In this document: positions 37,150 through 47,500 of the stretch, piece after piece | Layout: every line of letters begins with the position of its first letter | How positions within the stretch are numbered: the stretch's first letter is position 1 | Origin: a virus | Lineage: Duplodnaviria; Caudoviricetes | Strand: one strand, 5' to 3' | Length of the DNA: 64,000 nucleotides | IMG/VR virus record: IMGVR_UViG_2840908651_000002 | Coordinates: 298-64,297 of that record | Position numbers and translations under genes: made by a program | The notes under the pieces: model-generated | What the model was told of the DNA's origin: nothing | What the model saw: the letters and a program-made list of their open reading frames with translations, nothing else | Database searches by the model: none

Positions 37150-37189
37150 CATATGGTATGAAACAGGTATCCCCGCGCAGGATGTGCGG
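37150..37189 (+). promoter_or_regulatory. Late promoter box plus leader hairpin (internal virion operon)
   Basis: CATATGGTATG-N14-GCGCA GGA TGTG; stem CCGCGCA/TGTGCGG. Confidence 0.7.
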
Positions 37190-37227
37190 CCAAAACGCTT
37201 ACGATCAGGCGAAAGGCCAGCCATTCC

Positions 37228-37689
37228 ATGCCGCTACCCAACGATCAGATTGACGATCTCGCCCGGGAATGGGCTCTGGGCGACGAGGACGCGGTGCGGT
37301 TCCTGGTCAATTTCATGCACATGGTGCGACTGGCCGACGACATCGCCGACGGTGATAGCGCCGCGCCGGTGCCGGACATGGCCAACCTGCTTGTGCGGGC
37401 CTGGCTCGAGCATTCGTGCAACCCCTTCTTCCAGAGGCACAGCGGCGCGCTTGGCGCTACGATGGCGAACGCGGTTCTCATGTGGGAGAAAAGCGAGGAC
37501 TGGCGGCAGAGCGACAACCGCAAGACCCGCATGTTTGCCTTCGTGGCCCGAGAGACGGTCGAGCATGTCGCGCACACCGTTGCCTTCATCGTGGGCGGCT
37601 ACCAGCACGCGAAGGAGGTAGCGCAGGAAATCCACGAGTTGAGCCATCAGGCGAGCGGCGAAACCTTCGAGGATTGGGAGGTAGAGTAA
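37228..37689 (+). CDS. Helical protein with DDxxD motif
   Basis: VRLADDIADGD; NPFF. Confidence 0.75.
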   Translation: MPLPNDQIDDLAREWALGDEDAVRFLVNFMHMVRLADDIADGDSAAPVPDMANLLVRAWLEHSCNPFFQRHSGALGATMANAVLMWEKSEDWRQSDNRKTRMFAFVARETVEHVAHTVAFIVGGYQHAKEVAQEIHELSHQASGETFEDWEVE

Positions 37690-38741
37690 TGGGAATTTAT
37701 GGCGGCGGCAGCGCACCGAGCCCCGATCCCAAGATCGGCGAAGCCGCGATGAAATCGGCCGAGATCGGGGAAGACTATCTCGGCTTCATGCGCGAGCAGG
37801 CAAAAATCTCGAACAAGTGGGCCGAGGATGACCGTTCTCGCTACAAGAGCGTGTTCGAGCCACTACAGGACCAATACATCAACGAAGCACTGCAAGGGCC
37901 GGACTACGACGAGGTCGCGGGTTCTGTGCGCCGCGCCGGGGCTGATGCGCGCCGCCAGTTCAGCCTTGCACAGGGACAGGAAGAGCGCCGCCTTGCCGCC
38001 TCGGGTGTCGATCCCGCCTCGGGCCGGTCCCGCGAGGCCACCCGCCGCTCGGAATTGACCGAGGCTCTTGGCGTCGCCGGGGCGCGCAACACCACTCGGA
38101 TCACCGAACGGGCTCGCGCCGAGGACAGGGCCGACGCCGAGACCGCGAACGCGATCAACATGGGCTCAGGTCTCGCCGTGAACCCGGCCACGTCGCTGGG
38201 CATTTCCAACAGCGCCAATTCGTCGGGCTTTCGCGGTGCGATGCAGGGCTACGGCCAGCAGGGGCAGTTGCTCAACACACAGTATCAGCAGCAGCTTCAA
38301 TCGTGGCAGGCCGACCAGGCATCGTCCAACTCGATGTGGGGCGGCATCGGCAGTCTCGCGGGGCTCGGCATCTCGATGATGAGCTCCAAGGACTACAAGG
38401 AGGACAAGCGCCCGGCCCGCGGGGTGCTCGACACCCTCAAGGGGATGCCCGTGGAGGAATGGACCTACAAGAAGGGGATCGCGGACGAGGGCCGCCATAT
38501 CGGGCCGTATGCCGAAGACTTCCATTCCGCCACCGGCAAGGGCGACGGCAAATCCATCCCGTTTCAGGATGCCCTGGGCGTCACGATGGGCGCGGTGCAG
38601 GAGCTTGCCGACAAGGTGGACAAGCTCGAGGGCGGCAAGACGCGCCGCAAGCGTCCCGGCGGGCGCGGCGTGATGGACACCGCGCCGCGTGAGGCGTCGG
38701 GCTCCGGCCCCGAGCCGCGCAGCATCGCGGGGGCGGCCTGA
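37689..38741 (+). CDS. Internal virion / ejection protein with C-terminal S74-like chaperone domain
   Basis: GGGSAP.PDP start; Gly/Gln-rich; SSKDYK...EEWTYK...HIGPYAEDF. Confidence 0.75.
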   Translation: MGIYGGGSAPSPDPKIGEAAMKSAEIGEDYLGFMREQAKISNKWAEDDRSRYKSVFEPLQDQYINEALQGPDYDEVAGSVRRAGADARRQFSLAQGQEERRLAASGVDPASGRSREATRRSELTEALGVAGARNTTRITERARAEDRADAETANAINMGSGLAVNPATSLGISNSANSSGFRGAMQGYGQQGQLLNTQYQQQLQSWQADQASSNSMWGGIGSLAGLGISMMSSKDYKEDKRPARGVLDTLKGMPVEEWTYKKGIADEGRHIGPYAEDFHSATGKGDGKSIPFQDALGVTMGAVQELADKVDKLEGGKTRRKRPGGRGVMDTAPREASGSGPEPRSIAGAA

Positions 38742-39472
38742 TGGCGTTCGGATCGTTCCTCAGCGGCCTCGCGGGCGGGATTTCTTCGGGCGAAAACCTC
38801 AAGGAGCGGCGCAAGGAGCGCGGTGTCCTTGAGAGCCTGGCGAAGCAGGGCGGTGACGGCGATCACAAGCGCCCGGGCGAAGAGGGTTACAAGGGGACAC
38901 CCCCGTTCGTGCCGGATAATGGCGGCGCCGGTGGGCGCGCTGGTGGAGGCGCTGTGCCCGAGAACGAGCGCGACCTTCTGGCCCTGACGCTGGATGCAGA
39001 GGCCGGGGGCGAGGGCTATGACGGGATGCTGGCCGCAGGCTCGGTCATCGCCAACCGGGCCAAGGAAGGCGGCTATGGCGGCGACGTGAAACAGGTCATC
39101 ATGAAGCCGGGCCAGTTCAGCGCGTGGAACAGCGTCACGGGCTACGCCGGGGGCGAAGGCGGGCTCGACATGTCCAGCCGCAAGCCGTCGCAGGACGCCT
39201 ACAGGGTGGCCGACGCGATCCTCTCGGGCGACTACCGGGACCCGACAGGTGGCGCGACGCACTATTACAACCCGGCGGCGGCCAGCCCGAAATGGGGGCA
39301 AGACGCGGGCGGCAACTGGCACCGCATCGGCAACCATGTGTTTGGTCGCGCTGATGCGGGACGCGACAGGTATGCTGGCCCGTCCAGCGGTGCCGCATCG
39401 AGCACACCGAAGCCGACCGAGCGCGGCGTGATGGGCCGGGGCGAAAGCCTCGTCACCCGCTATTACAGGTAA
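38741..39472 (+). CDS. Virion-associated SleB-type (Hydrolase_2) cell wall hydrolase
   Basis: EAGGEG..GMLA.G.VI.NR, QFSAWN, DPTGGATHYYNP, IGNHVF. Confidence 0.88.
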   Translation: MAFGSFLSGLAGGISSGENLKERRKERGVLESLAKQGGDGDHKRPGEEGYKGTPPFVPDNGGAGGRAGGGAVPENERDLLALTLDAEAGGEGYDGMLAAGSVIANRAKEGGYGGDVKQVIMKPGQFSAWNSVTGYAGGEGGLDMSSRKPSQDAYRVADAILSGDYRDPTGGATHYYNPAAASPKWGQDAGGNWHRIGNHVFGRADAGRDRYAGPSSGAASSTPKPTERGVMGRGESLVTRYYR

Positions 39473-39483
39473 GGAGGACGCAG

Positions 39484-41346
39484 ATGTCCGGGCTGGGATC
39501 ATTCATTCAGGGCGCGTTCCAGGGCTACGAGTATGGCGAGTCGGTCAAGGACCGAAAGACGCAGCGCAAGCGCGACAAGGAGCGCCACGAGTGGGCGCGC
39601 GAGAACCAGGAATGGCGGCGCGAGAACAACGATTGGGCCTCCGACCAGCGTGATCGCCAGCGCGAGGCATGGGAGCGCGCGGACGATGAGCGTGACACCC
39701 TCTCCGACATCCACCGCGAGACGCGCGAAGGCTACGAATCCGGGACCGCTGCGCCCGAGCCACGCCCCGGCGAGGTCTCTTCGCGCGGCCCGACTGATGC
39801 GCGCCCCCAGGCACGCGGTGTCGTGGATGCGCCGTCCGACAGGCCACGTCCGCAGATGCGCCCGCGCTCCATCGCGCCGCAGCCCAGCGTAAGCTCCGAA
39901 GGCCCCCAACAGCCCGCAGTGCCCGGCCAGCAGGGGAAAGGACCGGTCGCGCCGCAACCGCCACAGGACGCGGCTCCGGCGATGCAGCAGCCCACGCAGA
40001 CCATGCAGCCGGGCCGCTCCGTGCGCGGGGTGGCTGGCGAGCAGGGAGCGCCCATGCCGCGCATCTTCGCAGAGCATCCGCGCGCGCAACAGGCGGCACA
40101 GCAAGCCGGGATCGGCCTCGAGGCCCTTTGGGCGCGCATGAGGCCCGAAGGGCAACGCACCTTCATCGAAATGGACGGCGGGGCGGCGGGCCCACAACCC
40201 ACGCCCACGCCGCCGCAGACACGCCCGCAGAGCGATCCGTCCGGTCGTCCGCAGATGGGCGCACGCCAACCGGCGGCACCCGAAGCACGCCCCGGCCCGC
40301 AGGCCCCCCAGCAGTTCCCGCAGGGCGGGGCTGTGCAGCGAGCGGCCCCCGATGGGCGCGGCGTTGCTCGCCAGACGGACGGCCCCGGCCCGATCAGCGG
40401 ACCCGAGCAACCTGCGCCCCGTGATGCCGCGCAGCGACCGCCAGAGCGGCCCGGTGCGCCCGGCGCTGCCCCGAAGGTGGGCAATATCGACGTGCGCGAA
40501 GCGTCCACGGAGGAATTGGATGCGCAGGCCACCCAAAACCCGCCGGATCAGGGCGGGGCGCCATCGGTCGAGGCCGCCGGGGCGGCGGTGCAGGAGACCG
40601 CGCAATCCTCGCGCGGCGTTGTGGGGCAGGGGACTGGCAAGGTGAACCCGGAGGACGAAGAGCGCGCCTCGCAGACCTTCATGCAGTATTATGCCGAGAA
40701 TGCCGCCCCGAAGATCGTGGAATACTACCTGTCGCAAGGCGACGTCGAGAAGGCGACCGCCTTCCAGGAATGGGCAGACAGCCAGAAGGTGAAAGGCCAG
40801 ATGGCGAGCTGGTCGAAGGCGATCTGGGCGATCACAAACGGCGACGAGGACCGCTTCGTCGATCACCTCTCCGCGACCTACAACGCCATCGACGACGGCC
40901 TGTCGATCGACCCGAAAAAGACCAAGTTCAAGCACGACAAGGACGGCAATATCATCGGCGGCACACTGGCCGTCATCAACGACGAGACGGGCGAAACTTC
41001 GATCACCGAGTACGACAACCAGCAGGACATCGTGGAGATGGCGGTCTACGCCCTCGCGCCCGAGCAGACGTTCGAGTACCTGTGGGGCCTGAGCCAGCAG
41101 GCGCGAGAGTTGCGGATCAAGAAACAGGGCGGGATCGAGCCGCTTGACCTTGCCAAGGAGATCCGGCGCGAGGCGGACAGCATCCGCAGCTCGCAGGAGT
41201 TCGCATCCGCCGAGACGCGCATGTCCGAGCAGCAGATCGAAGAGATCGCGCGTCAGAATGTCTACCGTCGCCTCGGCGCGACCACTGGTGCGTCCACGGG
41301 ACAAGATGCAGCGGTTGGGGCCGGGGAGCCCCCCAGACTTAGGTGA
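39484..41346 (+). CDS. Internal virion protein with long Pro/Gln-rich linker
   Basis: GLGSF.QG...G start shared in style with 38741; position. Confidence 0.75.
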   Translation: MSGLGSFIQGAFQGYEYGESVKDRKTQRKRDKERHEWARENQEWRRENNDWASDQRDRQREAWERADDERDTLSDIHRETREGYESGTAAPEPRPGEVSSRGPTDARPQARGVVDAPSDRPRPQMRPRSIAPQPSVSSEGPQQPAVPGQQGKGPVAPQPPQDAAPAMQQPTQTMQPGRSVRGVAGEQGAPMPRIFAEHPRAQQAAQQAGIGLEALWARMRPEGQRTFIEMDGGAAGPQPTPTPPQTRPQSDPSGRPQMGARQPAAPEARPGPQAPQQFPQGGAVQRAAPDGRGVARQTDGPGPISGPEQPAPRDAAQRPPERPGAPGAAPKVGNIDVREASTEELDAQATQNPPDQGGAPSVEAAGAAVQETAQSSRGVVGQGTGKVNPEDEERASQTFMQYYAENAAPKIVEYYLSQGDVEKATAFQEWADSQKVKGQMASWSKAIWAITNGDEDRFVDHLSATYNAIDDGLSIDPKKTKFKHDKDGNIIGGTLAVINDETGETSITEYDNQQDIVEMAVYALAPEQTFEYLWGLSQQARELRIKKQGGIEPLDLAKEIRREADSIRSSQEFASAETRMSEQQIEEIARQNVYRRLGATTGASTGQDAAVGAGEPPRLR

Positions 41347-41352
41347 TCTCGC

Positions 41353-41479
41353 TTGACCGGCGAATCGCGCCGCGCTATCTATCCTCGCAGGATCACCTTG
41401 CTTTTCATCCATCCTTGCGAGGGTGTCCTGTCCGACCAGATGGGGTCCGGTGCGCTCGTCGCACCGGACCTTTTCTTTT
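41353..41479 (+). ncRNA. Candidate small RNA with own promoter and terminator
   Basis: TTGACC-17-TATCTA; hairpin 41383-41422; 11-bp terminator stem 41444-41470 plus TTTTCTTTT. Confidence 0.5.
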
Positions 41480-41507
41480 GCCGCTGCTTCCCTGCCAGCC
41501 CCGTCTT

Positions 41508-41545
41508 TGCTAAGGTGCGCGAGACATACCGCGCATGATGTGTGG
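41508..41545 (+). promoter_or_regulatory. Late promoter-like box plus leader hairpin (giant gene)
   Basis: TGCTAAG...CCGCGCA TGA TGTGTGG. Confidence 0.6.
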
Positions 41546-41574
41546 CCACCCTCCAACTCCGTAAGGGGAAAGCT

Positions 41575-44500
41575 GTGGCACGCAAGAACGTCTTTGCGCT
41601 CGATCCCGTCGAATATGAGCTTGAACGTCAGGAGGCCCAACGCCAGGGCCGCGGCATTTTCGAGGAAAAGAAGCCGAAGGCGCCCGCGCCCGCGCTCAAG
41701 CCCGACGGATCGCCGGATTACGGGCGGATTGCCACGGACACGCAGGTCCCGCGCAACCTCATCATTGCCCTCACCGACGCCGCCGGTCTCAAGAATGGCG
41801 CACAGAAAGGCGCATTCGCCACCGAGGCCGCCAGCCGGATCGGGCAGGAAATGGCCGCGGGAAAGGATGCGCGCGCCGCGCTGGCGTCCATTCTGGGCGA
41901 GGATGCGCCGGTCGATGACCTGATCAAGGCGGCCAAGGCCGTGCCGGAATACGACCGGATCGGGACCGAAGGGGACGAGGCGGCGCAGGCCGATCCCACG
42001 GAAAGTGGATCGGCGCTCGGCGATGCCGGAAAGCAGTTCGCAGGCGGCGTCGCAAAGGGCTCTGGCGCGTCGGTCGAGGGCTTCGGCCTTCTGCGCACCA
42101 GCCGCCTTTACGACCCGCTGAACCTCATCAACGACGAGGGCAAGGAGCGCGTCGGCGAAGCCACCCGATCCGTTGCCGATGCCATGCGGGAGTGGGGCGA
42201 GGAAACGCAGGCCGGTGTCAGCCCGCAAAGCCTTGAGGCCATCAAGGGGAGCACGCCCGATGGCGACCTCTTCAAGCCGTCCACCTGGTCGCTTGGGGAG
42301 AAGCCGTCGCTGCGCGGATACGCGATGCTCACGATGGACGTGCTGGGCTCGCTCGCCCCGGTTGTCGTGTCGTCGGTGATCGGCACGCCGGGCGCGGGTG
42401 CGGCGGTCGGCGGGATGCAATCCGGTGGTGCGGGCGCGGAGATGGCGCGCGAGATCGTCCAGAGCGCCGCGAAGGAGCGCGTGGAAGGCCCGGACGGCGA
42501 AATGATCTCGCGCCTCGAGGCCGACAGTTCCTATTACCGAGATCTGCGCGAACAGGGCGAGAGCCACGAGGTCGCGGTTCAGAAGACGACCGAGGCGGCA
42601 GAACGGCTCGCCGCGCTCTACGCCGCGCCCATCGGTGCGCTTGGTGGTGCATTCACCGGGACCCTTGTCACGGGCGGCATGCGCGGGCTGGCAGGGAGAT
42701 CGGCCGCAACGCGCGTGGGCGGTGGTGCCGCGCTCGGGGCCGCCGAGGAATCGGCGCAAGAGGTTGCCGAGGGCATGGCGGCCAAGGCCGGGGCAGGGCA
42801 GGCCGCCGGCATGGATGTCGATGTGACCGAAGGCACCTTCGGCGACGCGATCCTGGGCGCACTCGGCGGCGGCCCGGTCGGCGCAGTAGGCGGGATTGCC
42901 ACCGAGGGCCCCGCGACGCGAGACGAAGACGACGAGACCCCGCCACCCGCGCAACTGCCACCTCCTGACACACCGCCCCTGCCGTCACCTGAGCCCACCG
43001 GCCCCATCGGGCGGGCTGCGCAGAAGGCCCCGGGTATGCTGACCGGCGATTTCGAGGAAGGCACGCGCATCACGGTGCAAGGACAGGGGAGCAACCCGTT
43101 CGAGGCCGAGTTCGTGGAGGAAACGCCCAACGGCGTGCGCCTGCGCGACGAGACCGGCCCCATCCTGATCCCGCGCCAGGACATCGAGAGCGGCGCGGTC
43201 CAGATCGGGCAGGCCGAGCGCCGCACGCCCACCGGCATGTTCCCCGACATGAAGCCCGGGGCCGAGGTGGCGCTGCGCGACGCGGACGGGCGGGACTATA
43301 CCGGCGTGTTCCTGCGTGAGGATGAGGGTGGCGTTGCGGTGCGGATCGCGGGGCAGGAGATTACCCTGTCGCCGCAGGAGTTCGACGAGGCCCGCGACGC
43401 GGCGCAGCGCGACGAAACCGACGCTCCGAAGGAGGCAGAGGCGCAGGATCAAGGCGCGGACGAGGCGGGAGCAGCCATCGAAATCCCCGAGGGCGTGGAC
43501 CCGGGCGAGGTCGAGCAGATCGCGTCGGACCTGATCAACGAACAGGACATGGACCGCCCGAGCGCCGAGGCGCAGGCGATCCAGACGATCCAGCAGCGCA
43601 TGGAGGAAGAGCGCGCCGCCGAAGAGCAGGCGGCGATCCCCGGCGCGCAGGACATGGCCGAACAGGGCGAGGTCACGCCGCCCGATGAGGGGCAGGCACA
43701 GGGGGAGGTCGCCCCGGTCGAGCCCCAGCCGCCCGCGTCGGTCGAGGGTGTCGACCCTGACCTCGACACCCCCCAATCCCCCGAGCTTCAAGCGGAGTGG
43801 TGGAAGAGCCTGCCCCGTCTGCGCAAGGCGGCGAAAGATATCGGAATGACCAAGGAGGCGCTGGCCGACGAATGGTCCGACAAGGGCGCGCTCACCGCCG
43901 CCGTGGACGCCGAGCTTGGTCGCCTCGGCGACACCGCGCAGCAATCGGGCCTGTCCCAAAATCCGGCACAGGAGCCCGAGAACGTCGATGACATCGACGT
44001 GGACGCCCTGATCGGCCAGAACCTTGATGAAATGGACGCTGAGGATGCCGCGCTTGTGGGTGATGAAAGCAACACAAGCGGCGTTGTGGAACAGGAACAG
44101 GGGGAAGGTGAACCACAAACTGACGAGGCCGACCCTGCCGCCGACATCGAACAGGCCGCGCAGGAGACCGAGGAAAACCCCACGCCCGCGCAGGCCGAGG
44201 CCGAGAATTACAAGACCGGAAAAGCCGAGTGGCAGGGGCGCACGCTCTCCATCGAGAACCGCAAGGGCTCTATGCGCCGCAAGGTCGGCCCCGACGGCGA
44301 AACCGCGTGGGAGGTCGAAATGCCCGCCCATTATGGCCGCATTCTCAAGACCGAGGGTGCGGATGGCGATCACGTCGATTTCTACATGGGCGACAACCCC
44401 GCCTCGGAATCGGTCTGGGTGATCGACCAGATGGACGCGGACACGGGCCGCTACGATGAGCACAAGGTGATGCTGGGCTTCGACAACGCCAATGCGGCGG

Positions 44501-47500
44501 CAGAGACCTACATGGACGGGTTCAGCGACGGCAAGGGGCCGGATCGCCTGGGCGGTATGCGCAAGATGAGCGTGACCGGGTTCAATGAATGGCTCGAGGG
44601 CGACACGACCGCGCCGGTGACACCGATGGCGAAACGGCAGGACAAGGACGCGGCGCAGGCAGGGGATGACACGAACCCGAAGGGCCCGCGCGTTGTCGTG
44701 AACGAGGTGGGGGCAGATGGGCTGACAGAGAGCGAGCGCGCCGCAGGAAAAGCGCCGCTCGACCTTGTGACGGTCACGGACGTCTACGGCGACACTCACC
44801 GGGTCAGTAAACGCACGCTCGACTCGGATCGCCCCATGCTGCGCCGCTTCAATGCCAATGGCGAAGAAATCGACGGCTCGCTCCTGTCGCGCGATAATAT
44901 CGACACAGACGGGACGGGGGTCACTGCCACCTTTGCTGATAGCCCTGTGATCGGCGGTGGCCGCACAGCAGACAAACCCCTTGCCAGTGAAGCCGCGATA
45001 AAGCGTGCGATCAGAAAGCGGGGGCAGAAGGTCGAGGATTTCGATATTCAGGAGGTCAACGGCGGCTACCTGGGTGTTCGGAAGACCGGGTCAGAAGCCG
45101 CCGAGGCCGAGGCGGCGGGGTGGACCGAGGACGCCACGCCGCCTGATGAGCCGCAGCCGCGCGAAGCGGAAAGCGTTGACGTGCGGACACTTCCCGGCAA
45201 ACACGGCAAGGTGGACACCAACCTTGTGAAGATCAACATGCGGAAGTGGCCGGAGGGCTATGACGTAACAGGGTCATACGATATTCCCGGCTTTGCTGGC
45301 GGCACCCTTTCCACGCCTTACCGCCAGTTCTATCCCACCAAGCACGAAGCGGCGGCGGCAGCGCTGAAAATGAGCGTTGGCCGCAATACATTCCCCGATG
45401 AGCCCCGCGCTCCGTTCCCGACCCAAAAGCATGTGTCGGATGGAAGGAAGATTCGTCAATTCCTAGAAGAGTTGGCGACCCCGGAAGCGTGGGCCGCCGA
45501 GGTCGAGGCTGAAAGTCCAAGTGTATCGATTGAACAGGACGCGGAAAATCGCTCCACTTCGACCGGCGACGCCCCCGCAGAGACCGTCGAGGATATCGAC
45601 GTCGATGCGCTCATCAGCGAGAACCTTGACCAGATGGAGGCCGAGGATGCCGCCGAATCCGAAGCGTCCACGAGCGACGAGCAGCGCATCACAGACAGCT
45701 TCCTCGAGGCATTCCGCGCCGGGGAACGGTTCGCGCGCATCACGCAGGCCCGCAAGCGCGCGGGCGAGGCGCTGGGACGCGATATCGAGGTCTCGGATTT
45801 CACGATGCTCGAGGAAGCGATCGAGGCCGCCGTCGTCATGCGGGCGCGCGAGATCGTCGCGGGCGAGAGCGATCCCGTCACCGTCTATGCCGACCTTCTC
45901 GACCTCTACGACGCGCAGCCGATCCTGTCGGAGCGCACGCCCGAGAAGATGCGCAATCAGGCATATTCCACGCCCGCCCCGCTGGCCTATGTCGCCTCGC
46001 GGCTCGTCGGGATCGGCGACCGGACGCGCGTTGTAGAGCCGTCGGCGGGCAACGGGATGCTCCTGATCGAGGCCGCGCCCGAGAACGTGCAGGCCAACGA
46101 GTTGCAGCCGCACCGCGCTGCACAGTTGGAGCGCATCTTCCCCGGTTCCGTGAGCCAGGGCGATGCGATGGACATGACGGCCGCACCGTTCGACGTGCTG
46201 ATCACCAACCCGCCTTTCGGGCGCGTCATGAACGAGGACACGCGCCAGAAGAAGGAGTGGGCCTTCGGCGACACGGGCGTCAAGACCAAGGAAATTGATC
46301 ACGCGATGGCGTATCGCTATCTCGAACAGATGCCCGACGATGGCCGCGCCGTCCTGATCGTGGGCTCCGTGAAAAAAACCGGGGACCGCAAGAAGAATTA
46401 CCAGGAGCGGTCGAAACTCACCTTTTACAAGACCCTTTTCGACCATTACAATGTAACCGAGCACTTCACGGTCAATGGCGACCTCTACAAGCGGCAGGGT
46501 GCGGCATGGCCGGTCGATGTGATCGTGATCGACGGGCGCGCGCCCTCTGCCCGCGCCTATCCGATGGCAGAGCCGCCCGAGGTTCTTTCGACCTGGGCCG
46601 AGATTGGAAGGAAGCTGAACGATGCCCCTGACGTGGACACCACCGGGCGCGGACCCGGTGACGCAGTCGGTGGAGGTGCCGAAGGCGATGGACCTGACGG
46701 TGGAGCAGTATCACCAACTGGTGATGCAGCGGGTCAACCGGATGCGGGACGAAGCGACCGACCCAGCGGATCGCGCGGCACTGGCGGACTTTCTGTCGAA
46801 CCGGGGCGCGGAGCCCGCGGCGACACTGGTGGGGATGGTGAACCAGTTGGAGGAAACGGCCAACCTGCCGTGGAGCCTGACGCCGCCCCGGACGTTTCCG
46901 GTGAAGAAGGAAGACCTGAAACTGGAACGGATGGAGCGTCCGAACCTGTCGGCGTTTCTGAACGCCATCGAGAGCCGGGGGGCGTAGGGCCCCGCACCGC
47001 CGGTCAGGCGGCGCAGGAGGGCGTCCAGAAGACCGGCGATGCCGTGAAGGACGCCGGGGCCGCGATCAAGGCCATCCTCAACGCAAAGATCGACCCCAAC
47101 AAGACCGGGGCGATGGGTGCGGGCTTCCTGCAAGACGTCTACGAGCAGATCGAGCCGCACCTGAAATCCGCTTGGGACAACGTCACGGGCGCGGCCAAGG
47201 ATTTCAAGGAGGCGGTGGGGCTGTTCCTGCGCGCCGTGCGCGAGCAGATGGGCCTGACCACCGCCGAGTTGCGCAACCTGCAACCCTACCTCGCGAAATT
47301 CGTGGAAGACGCGAAAGCCGCATGGGGCAAGCCGAAGTCCGAGCGTGGCCCGGCGCGCGAGAACACCGAGGCCGAGACAGACTTTCAGGTGGCCTACCAG
47401 CCACGCTCGTCGGCACAGTTCCGGATCGGCTCCCTGGTCCCGCGCGCGATGGAGCAGGCCGCCCAGGAGGCGCTGGACAAGATCGAGGCCAAGCACGGCC

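Noticed and set aside
39499-42954. 1151-aa minus-strand ORF, and similar long antisense ORFs (24503-26956, 46711-48774, 49159-51411)
   Set aside because: Shadow frames of GC-rich, strongly biased plus-strand genes; no motifs or RBS, and composition typical of antisense translation
44024-44422. Second nested +1 ORF in the giant gene
   Set aside because: No clear RBS; it becomes Arg/Pro-rich frame-shadow sequence and the host frame keeps normal codon bias over most of it
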